Source: Candidatus Latescibacterota bacterium (GTDB lineage Bacteria > Krumholzibacteriota > Krumholzibacteriia > WVZY01 > JAKEHA01). Taken from it: a stretch of DNA of 64,000 nt. A program made the translations under genes and the position numbers. The DNA is taken from assembly GCA_963707635.1 (NCBI GenBank), contig OY970173.1:2464001-2528000 (forward strand), given 5' to 3'. Shown here one piece after another: positions 9,210-19,951 of this stretch. The notes beneath the pieces were generated by a model. The model was not told the DNA's origin, ran no database searches, and was given only the letters and a program-made list of their open reading frames with translations. The first letter of the stretch is position 1. Every line of letters starts with the position of its first letter.

Positions 9210-11971
9210 GACGCGCTCCGGGCCTGCGCGCCCAGGATTTTGCGTAGGAATTGTCCGGTGTAAGAGCCTTCCACCTTCGCCACCTCCGCCGGCCGTCCGG
9301 CGGCCACCACGCGGCCGCCCTCGTCGCCCCCCTCGGGGCCCAGGTCGACCACCCAGTCCGACTGCGCGATCACCTGCAAATTGTGCTCCACCACGATCAC
9401 GGTGTTGCCGGCCGACTGGAGCTCGCGCAGCACCGCGATCAATGTCTCCACGTCGTCCACGTGCAGGCCGGTGGTCGGTTCGTCGAGGATGTAGACGAAA
9501 CCGCCTTCGAGGTTCTCGGCCAGCTCACGGGCGATCTTGATGCGTTGCGATTCGCCCCCGGAAAGCGTGGTCGACGGCTGGCCGAGCCGGAGGTAACCGA
9601 GCCCGACCTTCTTGAGCACGCCCAGGCGCGCGACCAGCTCGCGGTGGGCCGCAAAGTGCGCCATCGCGTCCTCCACCGTCAGGTCCAGCACCTCGGCCAG
9701 ATTCAAACCGCCGTGGGTGATTTCCAGGGTCTCGCGGTTGAAACGCGTGCCGTTGCACTCGCTGCAGCGCACGAACATGTCGGCCATGAAGTGCATCTCG
9801 ATCCGTTCGTAGCCCATGCCCTGGCAGCGGGCGCAGCGGCCGCCGGCCACGTTGAAGCTGAACCGTCCGGACGTGTACCCGCGGCGGCGAGCCTTCTTCT
9901 CCGCCGCGAAGGCCTCGCGGATGTGCGCGAATGCCTTGACGTACGTCACCGGGTTCGACCGCGGGGTCTTCCCGATCGGCGCCTGGTCGACCATGAGCAC
10001 GCCGCGCACCGACCCCGCGCCCTCGAGCGCGCGGAACGGGCCCTTGCGCCGCTCGCCGCGCGAGCGCAGCGCGTCGTGGAGCACGTCGCACACCAGCGTG
10101 CTCTTGCCGGAGCCCGACACCCCGGTCACGCTGGTGAACCCGAACAACGGAAACTCCACGTCGACATGCTTGAGGTTGTGCTCGTGTGCCCCGCGCAGCG
10201 CGAGCACGCCCCGTCCGTCGCCGGCCGTCGGCGCGGCCCCGGGTATGCGCACGGGCACACCCTCCAGCGCGTAGCGAACCGTCCGCGACGCGTGCGACGC
10301 GCCGGCCACCGGCCCCTGGTAGACCACGTGTCCGCCACCTTCGCCCGCACCCGGCCCCAAATCGACCACGTAGTCGGCCCGGCGAATGATGTCGAGGTCG
10401 TGTTCCACCACCACCACGGTATTGCCGCGCGCGCGCAACTCACCCAGCACGTCGATCAACTGATCCGTGTCGCGCGGGTGCAGCCCGATGCTCGGTTCGT
10501 CCAGCACGTACAGAACGTCGAGCAGGTTCGAACCCAGCGAGTTGGCGAGCGAGATGCGCTGCGCTTCGCCCCCCGAGAGCGTGCGCGCCAGACGGTCGAG
10601 GGTGAGATAGTGCAGTCCGACCGCAACCAGAAAGCCGAGGCGGGACTCTAGCTCGATCAGCACGTCGCGCGCCACGGTCGCGTCGCGCGCGGACAATTCC
10701 AGTCCGCGGAGGAACGCCAGCGCAGCGGCCGGCCGCATCGCCGCAACCTCGCGTATCGTTTGCCCCCCCAACCGCACGTAGTACGCTTCCGTCCGCAGGC
10801 GGCCGCCGTCGCACCCGCGGCACAGGCGAAACGCCAGGTAGCGGCGGGTGAAAAAGCGCGCGTATTTCTTATACGTTTTTTCGCGCATGTTCTCGAGAAA
10901 CGGAAGCACCCCGGTGTAGTCGCCGCTCCCGTCGAGGATCAGCCGCCGCGCGGCCGCTTCGAGCTCGCTCCACGGCCGCTCGGTGGAAATTTTGCGACGC
11001 CGGCAGAAGCGGACCAGCTGGTTGTAGAAGTACTCGAACTTCTCGCTCGCCCACGGGTCGATCGCGCGCTCGCGGATCGAGCGCCGCGGGTCGGACACGA
11101 TCAACGCCTCGTCGAACTCCATGCGGCTGCCAAACCCCCGGCACTGCGGACACGCGCCGAAGGGGGTGTTGAAGGAGAACAGGATCGGCCGCGGTTCCTC
11201 GAACGCGCGGCCACAGGTCGTGCACACCAGGTGTCCCGTGAACGAGAGCGATTCGCCCCCGTCGACGGCGTCGAAGCGAACGGTCCCGTCGGCCATCCGA
11301 TACGCGGTCTCGATCGCTTCCAGCAGGCGCGCGCGCCGGCTGTCGTCGGCTTCCACCCGGTCGAGCACCAGTTCGACGGCGGCCAGGCGTCCGAGCCGTT
11401 TCGGCGGCTCTTCCAGCCGGACCACTTCCCCCCGGATCACGAAGCGCGAGTAACCCTCGCGGATCAGCTCCTCGACCTGCTTCGCGGCGCTCCCCTTTTC
11501 CACCTTGCGGCTCGCGACCACGTGAAACACGCGCCCGCGCTGCGTCTCCAGCAGCGCGTCGATGACCTCGTCGGGCGTGTGGCGACGCACCTCCCGGTTG
11601 CAGGTCGGGCACACGGTGCGTCCCAGACGGGCAAACAACAGGCGCAGGTAGTCGTAGATTTCGGTCGCCGTGCCGACGGTGGATCGCGAGCTGCGGGTGG
11701 TGTTGCGCTGCTCGATCGCGATCGCGGGGGAGAGGCCCAGGACCTCGTCGACATCGGGGTGACCGATGCGCTCCAGGAACTGCTTGGCGTACGTGGACAG
11801 CGACTCGATGTAACGCCGCTGCCCCTCCGCGTAGAGGGTGTCGAACGCGAGCGAAGACTTCCCGGAGCCCGACACGCCGGTGATGACGGTCAGGCTGCCG
11901 CGCGGGATTTCCACGTCGATGTTCTTGAGATTGTGCTCGCGCGCGCCGCGCACGACGATCTTGTCGATCAT
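9206..11971 (-). CDS. uvrA: Excinuclease ABC subunit A
   Basis: [41 protein letters not shown], two ABC signatures ([18 protein letters not shown]) and Zn fingers. Confidence 0.96.
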   Translation of the reverse strand: MIDKIVVRGAREHNLKNIDVEIPRGSLTVITGVSGSGKSSLAFDTLYAEGQRRYIESLSTYAKQFLERIGHPDVDEVLGLSPAIAIEQRNTTRSSRSTVGTATEIYDYLRLLFARLGRTVCPTCNREVRRHTPDEVIDALLETQRGRVFHVVASRKVEKGSAAKQVEELIREGYSRFVIRGEVVRLEEPPKRLGRLAAVELVLDRVEADDSRRARLLEAIETAYRMADGTVRFDAVDGGESLSFTGHLVCTTCGRAFEEPRPILFSFNTPFGACPQCRGFGSRMEFDEALIVSDPRRSIRERAIDPWASEKFEYFYNQLVRFCRRRKISTERPWSELEAAARRLILDGSGDYTGVLPFLENMREKTYKKYARFFTRRYLAFRLCRGCDGGRLRTEAYYVRLGGQTIREVAAMRPAAALAFLRGLELSARDATVARDVLIELESRLGFLVAVGLHYLTLDRLARTLSGGEAQRISLANSLGSNLLDVLYVLDEPSIGLHPRDTDQLIDVLGELRARGNTVVVVEHDLDIIRRADYVVDLGPGAGEGGGHVVYQGPVAGASHASRTVRYALEGVPVRIPGAAPTAGDGRGVLALRGAHEHNLKHVDVEFPLFGFTSVTGVSGSGKSTLVCDVLHDALRSRGERRKGPFRALEGAGSVRGVLMVDQAPIGKTPRSNPVTYVKAFAHIREAFAAEKKARRRGYTSGRFSFNVAGGRCARCQGMGYERIEMHFMADMFVRCSECNGTRFNRETLEITHGGLNLAEVLDLTVEDAMAHFAAHRELVARLGVLKKVGLGYLRLGQPSTTLSGGESQRIKIARELAENLEGGFVYILDEPTTGLHVDDVETLIAVLRELQSAGNTVIVVEHNLQVIAQSDWVVDLGPEGGDEGGRVVAAGRPAEVAKVEGSYTGQFLRKILGAQARSAS

Positions 11972-12098
11972 GTTGGTGCGACCTTTCCCGGCGCCGCGGC
12001 GGCCCGGGGGAAACCGCATATTGTAGGCATCGAGGTCGCGCGCTCGCAAGCCCGAACTTGGGCTTGTGGCACGCGGGCGCCGCTCCTATGATCGCGGA

Positions 12099-12881
12099 AT
12101 GCGCGAACCCGAACCATCGCTCGACCGGCTTTTCGGCCTCATCGCCCGGCTGCGGGGTCCCGACGGGTGTCCGTGGGACCGGGCGCAACGCCTCGACGAC
12201 ATTCTCTCGGACCTGATCGAGGAAGCGTACGAGCTCGAGTGGGCCGGCACGCACTACGGCGACGCCGAACTGCTAGACGAAATGGGTGACGTGCTGTTCC
12301 TGGTCTGCTTCGCGATCTCGGTCAAGCGCGAGACGATGCGCGAATTCTCGCTCGACCGCGTCGCTGCCCACGCCCACGACAAGATCAAGGCCCGCCACCC
12401 GCACGTCTTCGGCGATGCGCGGGCGTCCACGCCGGAGGAGAGTGTGGTGCACTGGGAACGCGCCAAGGCGCGCGAGCGCTCGGAGGGGAACGCGGGTGCC
12501 CTCGAGGGAGTGGCCGGCAACCTGCCCCCGCTGCGCCACGCGGTGAAGATCCAGGAGCGCGCCGCGTCGGTGGGTTTCGACTGGCCCGAACTCTCCGGCG
12601 TGGTCGCAAAACTCCGGGAAGAAATCGAGGAACTCGAGCGCGCCGTCGCTGCCGGCGACCGCGCGCACGTCGAGCACGAAATGGGCGACGTCATTTTCTC
12701 CGCCGCCAACGTGTGCCGCTTCCTCAAGCTCGACGCCGACGAGGCCCTGCAGCGGTCGGTCTCGAAATTCATCCGCCGCTTCGAATGGATGGAGAAGACG
12801 ATCGCGGCCGACGGCAAGCGCTTCGACGCCATGACGCTCGACGAGATGAACGCCTACTGGGTGCGCGCGAAGGCGCAGTAG
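12099..12881 (+). CDS. mazG: Nucleoside triphosphate pyrophosphohydrolase MazG
   Basis: LRGPDGCPWD, EEAYE, EMGDVL, RHPHVFGD, VGFDWP, KLREEIEE. Confidence 0.94.
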   Translation: MREPEPSLDRLFGLIARLRGPDGCPWDRAQRLDDILSDLIEEAYELEWAGTHYGDAELLDEMGDVLFLVCFAISVKRETMREFSLDRVAAHAHDKIKARHPHVFGDARASTPEESVVHWERAKARERSEGNAGALEGVAGNLPPLRHAVKIQERAASVGFDWPELSGVVAKLREEIEELERAVAAGDRAHVEHEMGDVIFSAANVCRFLKLDADEALQRSVSKFIRRFEWMEKTIAADGKRFDAMTLDEMNAYWVRAKAQ

Positions 12882-13010
12882 CTTTGCCCAATCGCCGCGG
12901 GTCCTGTCATCTCGCCACCCCGCGGGCTTCGCCTCGCGGGGTCCCCGCCTCGATGCCACCCGCGGCGAGTTCGCGCTGCGCCCCGTTCCAAACGCACCGA
13001 CAAGAACAAG

Positions 13011-13040
13011 TCGGGGGCCCGTCCTGCGACGAGCCCCCGA
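13011..13040. terminator. Hairpin between convergent mazG and ompA, likely intrinsic terminator
   Basis: TCGGGGGCCCGTC-ctgc-GACGAGCCCCCGA forms a 13-bp stem with one wobble, followed by a T-rich tract (CTTGTTCTTG) on the minus strand. Confidence 0.6.
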
Positions 13041-13068
13041 TTTCATGTCCCGCGATGCGAGGTCGACG

Positions 13069-14952
13069 CTAGTTCAGCCGTCGGAACTCGATGCGGCGGT
13101 TTTGGGCGCGGCCCTCGGGCGTCGCGTTCGACGACGTGGGCTCTTCCTCTCCGATGCCGATCGCCGTCACGCGCGAGCGGTCGATGCCGGCGTTGACCAG
13201 GTACTGGCGAACCGCGTCCGCTCGCTTCTGCGAGAGCTGCAGGTTGAAGTTCGCCGGCCCCTGGCCATCGGTGTGGCCGCGAATCTCGAGCCGGGCTTCC
13301 GGATACTTGTTCATGGACGCGACCACCTGGTCGAGCACCGTGTACGAATCCGGCGTCAGGTTCGAGCTGCCGCTCTCGAAATTGATCCCGCGCAGCACGA
13401 ACTGCTTGCCGATCTCGCGCGCGTCCGGGCACCCGTCGTCGTCCTCGACGCCGTTGAAGGTCTCCGGCTGCGTCGGGCATTTGTCCGTCGCGTCCGGGAT
13501 GCCGTCGAGGTCGTTGTCCAGATCCGGGCACCCGTCGTCATCCTGGTAGCCGTCTACGTCTTCCGCCTGGAGCGGGCAACGGTCGAGATCGTCGGGCACC
13601 GCGTCGTTGTCGCTGTCCTTGACGAGATCCGGGCATCCGTCCTGATCCATTTCGCCGTCGAAATCCTCCGGCTCGTTCGGACACTTGTCCTGGGCATCGG
13701 CGATGCCGTCCTGATCGTTGTCCAGGTCCGGGCAACCGTCGCCGTCCTCGAAACTGTCCATGTCCTCGGCCAGATCCGGACACTGGTCGTCCGCGTCGGC
13801 CAGGCCATCGTGGTCGTTGTCCAGATCCGGGCAGCCATCGGCGTCCTCGAACCCGTCGAAATCTTCCGGGGTGTCGGGGCACCCGTCGACCTTGTCGGCG
13901 ACCTTGTCCCGGTCGGAGTCGCGGGCGACGATCTCCGCCATGTAATTGAACGCCATCCACACGCCCCAGTCGGGCGGGTTGATGCCGGACGGCGTGTCAC
14001 CCGAGTTCAGATTGATGTCCGCCGCGAGTTCGAGCGAGGAACCCTTCCCGCCCTTGAACTCGACGCCAGGGGTGAGCGTGTAGGTGCTCGTGCTCACCGT
14101 GGCATTCGGGGGCAGGTCCACGTCCATCAGGTCCTGCCAGTCGAATTCGACGAAGAAGGTCACCTGCGGCGCCGGAAACTCGATGCCGGCTCCGAACAGG
14201 AAGGCGTCGTTATAGGAATCGTTCTCGGTCGTCGGCGTGGCGGGATAACCGGGCGGGGCGAACCCGTTCGAATCGGGGAATTCCGGCAGGAAGGTCCCGT
14301 AGCCGAAGTCCTCCTGCTTGTTGAATCGGTAGCCGGCGTTGACGTGGAGTCGCGTCGGCACGAACGACTGCAGGTCGCTCAAGTCGATCGTCGCCAGGCC
14401 CAGCACCGTGATGTCGTTCGAGTCGGTGGTGAAGCCGCGGTCCTTGCTCCCGGTCGGAAACGTCACGTTCCCGTACGCGCCGAGCTTGAACGTCTCCGAA
14501 GGCAGAGGGAGGCACAGCTTCGCGGACACATCCGTATCGCCGATGCCGCCGCGCGTGTAGGTGTCCAGGTCGTACGCGCCCTTGTCCTGCGCGGTCCGCA
14601 CCCAGCTGCGCGCGTCCAGGTTAGCCCCGATTTCGAAGAAGTCGGAGAGCGCGTAGGTGGCGCTCACGCGCGCGATGAACGTGTGATAGTCGACGACGGC
14701 GTCCCCGTTCAGAGAATCGGAGAGGGGGAAGAAGCCGCCGGGGGTCAACAGCTCGTTGTCCTGCTTTCCATAGTTGGCGGAAAGCTGGAAGCTGAGCGTG
14801 CCCTTCTGAAACGTGTCGGCCGAGCGAACCCGAATCAGCCCGCGCGTGCCGTTGTAGGCGACGCCGGCCTGGGCCGCCGCCGGGAGGCACGCGAGGCATG
14901 CCGCCGCGACCAGCGTCCAGCCGAACCCGCGCGCACGAAGACTACCGTGCAT
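13069..14952 (-). CDS. OmpA-family outer membrane protein with thrombospondin type-3 repeats
   Basis: Signal peptide, barrel-like N-domain, D-rich repeats and an OmpA C-domain (GINFESGS, RGHTD, NLQLSQKRADAV, NRRIEF). Confidence 0.92.
   Translation of the reverse strand: MHGSLRARGFGWTLVAAACLACLPAAAQAGVAYNGTRGLIRVRSADTFQKGTLSFQLSANYGKQDNELLTPGGFFPLSDSLNGDAVVDYHTFIARVSATYALSDFFEIGANLDARSWVRTAQDKGAYDLDTYTRGGIGDTDVSAKLCLPLPSETFKLGAYGNVTFPTGSKDRGFTTDSNDITVLGLATIDLSDLQSFVPTRLHVNAGYRFNKQEDFGYGTFLPEFPDSNGFAPPGYPATPTTENDSYNDAFLFGAGIEFPAPQVTFFVEFDWQDLMDVDLPPNATVSTSTYTLTPGVEFKGGKGSSLELAADINLNSGDTPSGINPPDWGVWMAFNYMAEIVARDSDRDKVADKVDGCPDTPEDFDGFEDADGCPDLDNDHDGLADADDQCPDLAEDMDSFEDGDGCPDLDNDQDGIADAQDKCPNEPEDFDGEMDQDGCPDLVKDSDNDAVPDDLDRCPLQAEDVDGYQDDDGCPDLDNDLDGIPDATDKCPTQPETFNGVEDDDGCPDAREIGKQFVLRGINFESGSSNLTPDSYTVLDQVVASMNKYPEARLEIRGHTDGQGPANFNLQLSQKRADAVRQYLVNAGIDRSRVTAIGIGEEEPTSSNATPEGRAQNRRIEFRRLN
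13420..13925 (-). repeat. Five ~33-aa TSP3-like Ca-binding repeats within ompA
   Basis: Unit D(N/S)DxDxxxDxxDxCPxxxExxxGxxDxDGCPD repeated five times. Confidence 0.85.
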
Positions 14953-15072
14953 AATCGAACCGTCTCCTTTCCGGCCACTCGCCCGGGGAATCCCGCGGGT
15001 CAATGCAAGAACCTTTCCAACCATTCCGTGCCATCGCGGGAAATACCGGGTCCTCCCCGGCCATCCATCCCG

Positions 15073-15399
15073 CTACGGCGCCTCGCCCGGAGCCGAATCC
15101 GCCGGCCCGGGCGCCTCGCCGGAGCCCTCCTCCCCGGCGCGCTTGCACTCGTCGATGTAGTTCATACGCAACTCGAACAGCACCTTGTCCAGGATCTCCG
15201 CCTCCCCCGGCGTTCGGCCCGCCTGGGTGCGCGCCTGCAGCATTTCGATCATGTCGATCGACAGCCGCGCCTGTTCGAGGTCGCGCTCGATCTTCCCGGT
15301 GACGGGGTTGGCGATCTTCCCCATCTGCTGCATCGCGGCGAACTGAAACATCGCCACCAGCTGCACGAACAAGACTTCGTTCCGCGACGGTTCCGCCAT
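15073..15399 (-). CDS. DUF1844-family protein
   Basis: MAEPSRNEVLFVQLVAMFQFAAMQQMGKIANPVTGKIERDLEQARLSIDMIEML...LRMNY (C-terminal part of ORF 15073..16095). Confidence 0.82.
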   Translation of the reverse strand: MAEPSRNEVLFVQLVAMFQFAAMQQMGKIANPVTGKIERDLEQARLSIDMIEMLQARTQAGRTPGEAEILDKVLFELRMNYIDECKRAGEEGSGEAPGPADSAPGEAP

Positions 15400-15437
15400 G
15401 ACCACACTCCGTGTGCTCCACACCCGGAGCACGGGTG

Positions 15438-15467
15438 ATGATAGGAACGCGACAAAAAACGTGTCAA
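15438..15467 (-). promoter_or_regulatory. sigma70-type promoter candidate
   Basis: TTGACA-N18-TATCAT in an AT-rich gap upstream of the DUF1844 gene. Confidence 0.55.
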
Positions 15468-15479
15468 AGCAAAATCGGG

Positions 15480-16055
15480 CTATTCGACCTCGCGCCGCGT
15501 CGCGATCCACACCAGAATCGCTTCCACCTCGCGCGACGCGTTGGTGTACGCGTGCGCGAGCGTGGCGTCGTAGTGCGCCACATCGCCCTCGGCGAGCTCC
15601 ATCGACTGGCCGCCCGCGTCCACCCGCACGCGTCCGGAAATCGCGACCACGGCCTCGGCGCCGTCGTGTTCGTGGCGGGCGCCGCGGTGCGACCGCCCCG
15701 GGGCGAGCACCACGCGCGCAACCTGCAATCGCCCGCCCGGGATCGACGTGGTCAAGCGCTCGATGTGCGCGGCGCCCCCCGCGCGCGATTCGCGCACCCG
15801 GTTCTCCGCCGACACCAGCGACACCTCCGCCAGCTCGACTTCCTCCAGAAAGAACGCGGTGCGACGACCCAGCGCGCGCGCGATCCTCGCCAGCGCACCG
15901 ACCGTCGGCGTGGTCTCGCCGCGTTCGATCTCGGAGACGTGTGTCGCCGACACCCCGGAGGCTGCTTCCACCATCTTGAGCGTCAGGCGCCGCTCCTGAC
16001 GCGTGCGCTTGATCCGGGCGCCGAGCCCGGATTCGCTCCCCGGCCCCGGCGTCAT
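15480..16055 (-). CDS. XRE-family HTH regulator with cupin domain (copy 2)
   Basis: LGARIKRTRQERRLTLK...SATHVSEIERGETTPTVGALARIARALG; cupin HDGAE...EGDVAHYDATLAHAYTN. Confidence 0.88.
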   Translation of the reverse strand: MTPGPGSESGLGARIKRTRQERRLTLKMVEAASGVSATHVSEIERGETTPTVGALARIARALGRRTAFFLEEVELAEVSLVSAENRVRESRAGGAAHIERLTTSIPGGRLQVARVVLAPGRSHRGARHEHDGAEAVVAISGRVRVDAGGQSMELAEGDVAHYDATLAHAYTNASREVEAILVWIATRREVE

Positions 16056-16603
16056 GCCGGAACCCGCGGCGAGGTCGCGCACAAGAGGCGCGCACCGCCG
16101 GTTCCCACGCTGCGCAGCTCGCTCGCTTCGCCCGGGGCGAAGTGACAGGCGTCCCCTTCCTTGAGCGTCAGTCGCTGCGCGCCGGTTTCCAGCTCGACGG
16201 CCCCGCGCAACACCAGCACGAATGCCTCGCGCGCGCCGGCCGGCACGCGGCCGCCTTCGGTCCGGCCTCCCGGCAAGTCGATTTCGAACAGCGAGAGATC
16301 CTCGACGTCGATGGGGTGCGACAGGCGCTGGAAGGTGACGCCGCCCTCGACGAACGCGCCGCGATCGCTGCGGCGCACCAGACTCACGCGCGGCGACGCG
16401 TCGTCCTCCACCAGCCGCGCCGCGTCTTCGCCGAGCGCGCGCGCGATCCGGACCAGCGCCCCGACGGTCGGGGAGGTCTTGCCCCGCTCGATCTCGGAGA
16501 GATGGGTGGCCGAGACGTTCGACTTCGCCTCCACCTGTTTCAAGGTGAGGTTGCGCGCGAACCGCAGCCGCCTCAACCGCTCTCCCAACTCCGATGGAAC
16601 CAT
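16052..16603 (-). CDS. XRE-family HTH regulator with cupin domain (copy 1)
   Basis: LGERLRRLRFARNLTLK...SATHLSEIERGKTSPTVGALVRIARALG; cupin EAFVLVLRGAVEL...LKEGDACHF. Confidence 0.88.
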   Translation of the reverse strand: MVPSELGERLRRLRFARNLTLKQVEAKSNVSATHLSEIERGKTSPTVGALVRIARALGEDAARLVEDDASPRVSLVRRSDRGAFVEGGVTFQRLSHPIDVEDLSLFEIDLPGGRTEGGRVPAGAREAFVLVLRGAVELETGAQRLTLKEGDACHFAPGEASELRSVGTGGARLLCATSPRVPA

Positions 16604-16760
16604 GCGTCACCGCTCCCTCGAGCACGATGATACCGGCGAGATTCCGCAATCGCGAAGATCGCATCGATATCGTGGCCGATATCCGGTATAGTTGGCGCCA
16701 GTCTCGTCGGGTCCCGCGCGCGGTGTCAAGCGCGAACGACGAGCCCGCCGATTCCGATCG

Positions 16761-17771
16761 ATGGATGTCTTCGTCATCAGATTCAGTTCGCTGGGCGACT
16801 GCGTGCTCCTGTGCCCACTGCTGGAACGCCTCAAGCATGCGGGCGCGGGCGAAGTCGTCGTGCTCACCAAGCGGGCGTACGCCGATTTGTTCGCGGCGGC
16901 ACACGGCGTCGATCGCGTCGTCGCCATCGACGAAGGCACGACCCTGCGCGACCTCGTCGGCATCGCGAAGGAGTGGCGCTCCCGCGAGACGACGGTGATC
17001 GACGCGCACGCCAGCTGGCGCAGCCGGGTGGTGGCGGCCCGTATGGGCGGCGCGGCGGCCCGCATCGAGAAGCACACCGGCTCCCGTCTGAAACTGATCG
17101 TCTTTAAGCGAACCGTCGCCCTTCCCACCATGCTCGAGCGTTACGCGGCGCTGGGAGCCGCGGCCGGCGCCGGGACCGCGCCGCTCTCGCCGGGCGGCCT
17201 CGGGATCGACCCGGATCTGGACCAGCGCGCGGAACGCGCCATGCGCGGCGACACACCGTTTGTGGCGGTGGCCCCGGGGAGCCGCTGGCCGTCGAAGCGC
17301 TGGCCCGGCTACGCCGCGGTGTGCGCCTCGCTCGCGGAGTCGGCCGTTCGCATCCTGCTGGTCGGAGACGAGCGCGACCGCGCCGCCGCAGCGCCCATCG
17401 CCGCCGCGCTCGGGGACCGGTGCGTCGACCTGACGGGGCGGGCGCGGCTGATGGAGGCCGCGGCGCATATCGCGCGCTGCCGCGCGTTTCTCGGCAACGA
17501 TTCGGGGCTGATGCACCTGGCCGAGGCGGTGGGCGTGCCGGTGGTGGGGCTGTTCGGGCCGACGGTGCGCGAGTTCGGCTATTTCCCGTCCCTCCCCCGG
17601 AGCCGCACCATCGAACGCCGCCTCGCGTGCCGGCCGTGCTCGCGCAACGGTTCTACCCCGTGCCCGAAAGGCTCGGTCGAGTGCCTGCGGGACATCCCGC
17701 CGCACGCCGTGGTCGACGCGCTGGCCACGCTCTTCGACGAGTCGGCCCCGCGGCGCGTGGTGCTCGAGTGA
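16761..17771 (+). CDS. Glycosyltransferase family 9 (LPS heptosyltransferase, WaaF/WaaC-like)
   Basis: IRFSSLGDCVL, APGSRWPSKRWP, GNDSGLMHLAEAVGVPVVGLFGPT. Confidence 0.9.
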   Translation: MDVFVIRFSSLGDCVLLCPLLERLKHAGAGEVVVLTKRAYADLFAAAHGVDRVVAIDEGTTLRDLVGIAKEWRSRETTVIDAHASWRSRVVAARMGGAAARIEKHTGSRLKLIVFKRTVALPTMLERYAALGAAAGAGTAPLSPGGLGIDPDLDQRAERAMRGDTPFVAVAPGSRWPSKRWPGYAAVCASLAESAVRILLVGDERDRAAAAPIAAALGDRCVDLTGRARLMEAAAHIARCRAFLGNDSGLMHLAEAVGVPVVGLFGPTVREFGYFPSLPRSRTIERRLACRPCSRNGSTPCPKGSVECLRDIPPHAVVDALATLFDESAPRRVVLE

Positions 17772-17773
17772 CG

Positions 17774-19048
17774 ATGAGCCTCCCCCGCGGTGTCTATAAC
17801 ATGGTGTTTCCCGCGGCGGGCGCGCTGGCGCACGCGAGCGCGTGGTTTCTCCCGAAAATGCGGGAAGCGATGGCCGGCCGGCGCGGGTACCGCGCGCGCT
17901 GGGAGGCTCTCCGCCGCGACCTTCCCGCGCAACCGGTGTGGTTCCACGTCGCCAGCGTCGGCGAGTTCGAGCAGGCGAGACCGGTCATATCGGCGCTCGA
18001 GCGAGCGCGGCCCGACGTGCCGGTCGTGCTGACCTTCTCCTCGCCCTCCGGCTACCACTTCGCCCGCCGGAAGGAGACCGTCGGCGCGGGTTCGATTCGC
18101 TTCATCGACTATCTCCCCCTCGACTCTCCGCGCGCGATGCGCTTCTGTCTGGACTGCGTCAACCCGCGCGCGCTCGTGCTGGTCAAGTTCGACATCTGGC
18201 CCAACCTGGTCTGGGAAGCCAGCGATCGCCGCATTCCGATCCTCCTGATCGACGCCACCTTGAGCGCGTCGTCGCGCCGCCTCTCGGTCGCGGGCCGCTG
18301 GCTCTACCGCGACCTGTACCGGCGCATCGACCGCATTCTCGCCATCAGCGACGACGACGCGCGTCGGTTCGCCGCGTCGGTGCCCGGGCCCGATCGGATC
18401 GACGTGACCGGCGACACGCGCTTCGACCGCGTGATGGAACGCTGGCGCGCGCGCCAGGGAGTGAAGCTTGATTTTCTGAGCGACAGCTCGCCCACGCTGA
18501 TTGCCGGGAGCACGTGGCCGCCCGACGAAGTCCGGCTCCTGCCGGCGGTCGCGCGGCTGCTACGCGAACACGCCGCGCTGCGCTTCGTGGTGGTGCCGCA
18601 CGAACCCACGCCGGAGCACGTGGAGAAGCTGCGACGCTGGGCGGGCGCCGAAGGCTTCGCGGCGGGCGCCGCGAGCACGGGCGCGGCCGGGGCGCGCGTC
18701 GTGATCGTCGACGTGGTGGGGATCCTGGCGGAAGCGTACCGGGCAGCCCACGTCGCCTACGTCGGCGGCGGTTTCACCACCGGCGTGCACAGCGTAATCG
18801 AGCCGGCGATCGCCGGCATTCCCGTGCTCTTCGGCCCTCGCCACGACAACTCGTTCGAGGCGCTCCAGCTGGTCGCGCGCGGAGGTGCGGTGCCGATCCA
18901 GACCGCCGACGACGCCCACGCCGCGCTCGCGCGCTACTTCACCGACGAAGCCGCGCGCGCAGCGGCGGGCCGCGCGGCGCGCGCGTACGTCGAATCCCAG
19001 CTCGGGGCCACGGAGAAATGCATGGCGGCCCTCGCCGCCTACCTGTAA
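17774..19048 (+). CDS. waaA: 3-deoxy-D-manno-octulosonic acid transferase
   Basis: WFHVASVGEFEQ, YLPLDSP, IWPNL, TGDTRFD, AGSTWPPDE, HSVIEPA. Confidence 0.92.
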   Translation: MSLPRGVYNMVFPAAGALAHASAWFLPKMREAMAGRRGYRARWEALRRDLPAQPVWFHVASVGEFEQARPVISALERARPDVPVVLTFSSPSGYHFARRKETVGAGSIRFIDYLPLDSPRAMRFCLDCVNPRALVLVKFDIWPNLVWEASDRRIPILLIDATLSASSRRLSVAGRWLYRDLYRRIDRILAISDDDARRFAASVPGPDRIDVTGDTRFDRVMERWRARQGVKLDFLSDSSPTLIAGSTWPPDEVRLLPAVARLLREHAALRFVVVPHEPTPEHVEKLRRWAGAEGFAAGAASTGAAGARVVIVDVVGILAEAYRAAHVAYVGGGFTTGVHSVIEPAIAGIPVLFGPRHDNSFEALQLVARGGAVPIQTADDAHAALARYFTDEAARAAAGRAARAYVESQLGATEKCMAALAAYL

Positions 19049-19081
19049 TATTTCGAGCGGCGGCCCTTTCCCGCCGTTCCC

Positions 19082-19951
19082 ATGGTCCAACTCGCTCCCC
19101 CCAGGTTCATCCAGATCGAGACCACGCTCGCGTGCAACGCCGAGTGTCCGTTCTGCTCGCACGCCACCCTGACCCGCCGTCCGCGGCGCATGGAAGACTG
19201 GGTGTGGAAGAAGATCATCGACGAGACGCGGGGGCTCGACATCACCTACCGGCCGTTTCTCATCAACGAGCCGCTCGCCGACCATCGCCTGGGCGAGATC
19301 ATGCGCTACATCCGCCGGGACCCGACCGCGAAGATCGAGCTCAACTCCAACGGCGAGCTCATGAAGGAAGAGCGCGCGCTCGAGATCCTCGACGCCGGCA
19401 TCGACATCATTCGTTTTTCCATCGACGGTTTCAGCGAGGAGACGTTTTCGAAGTCGCGGGTCGGGCTGGACTACCAGCTCACCGTCGAGCGCACGCGCCG
19501 CTTCGTCGAGCTCGCGCGTGAGCGGGGCGGGGCCGGGCACGTGGAGGTCCGGATGATCTCCATGGACCACAACCGGCATGAGCAGGAGGCGTTCGTCGAT
19601 TTCTGGACGAAGGCCGGCGCCGTCGCCGTCACCACGGATCTCTACACGTGGCCGTGGGAGCCGGGGGTGAAGCCGGCGCGGGTGCCGTGCAAGAAGGTGC
19701 TCAAGGAAATGTTCTTCTTCGTCAACGGCAAGGCGACCTTGTGCTGCTGGGATTCCCACGAGCGCGGCGTGGTCGGGGACGTGACGCGGGAGCACGTGCT
19801 GGACATCTGGAACGGCGAGCTCAACCGCCGTTACCGCGACTTGCTGGCGAAGGGGCGCCGCGAAGCGATCCTGCTATGCTCCAACTGCGAGGCCTACCAG
19901 CACCACTACTTCGAGGGATTTCCGTCGCCGGCGCCCGCCGGCCAGGCATAG
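19082..19951 (+). CDS. Radical SAM protein with SPASM/twitch domain
   Basis: CNAECPFC (CxxxCxxC) and C-terminal PC...LCCWD...IWNG...CSNC. Confidence 0.88.
   Translation: MVQLAPPRFIQIETTLACNAECPFCSHATLTRRPRRMEDWVWKKIIDETRGLDITYRPFLINEPLADHRLGEIMRYIRRDPTAKIELNSNGELMKEERALEILDAGIDIIRFSIDGFSEETFSKSRVGLDYQLTVERTRRFVELARERGGAGHVEVRMISMDHNRHEQEAFVDFWTKAGAVAVTTDLYTWPWEPGVKPARVPCKKVLKEMFFFVNGKATLCCWDSHERGVVGDVTREHVLDIWNGELNRRYRDLLAKGRREAILLCSNCEAYQHHYFEGFPSPAPAGQA

Noticed and set aside
13420..13925. Periodic DNA repeats resembling a CRISPR or tandem array
   Set aside because: They are degenerate in-frame coding repeats (TSP3-like) inside ompA, with no identical repeats, spacers or cas genes.
19906..19951. 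46-nt convergent overlap between the radical SAM gene and tsaC
   Set aside because: Short 3' overlaps are common in GC-rich genomes, and there is no further sign of function.
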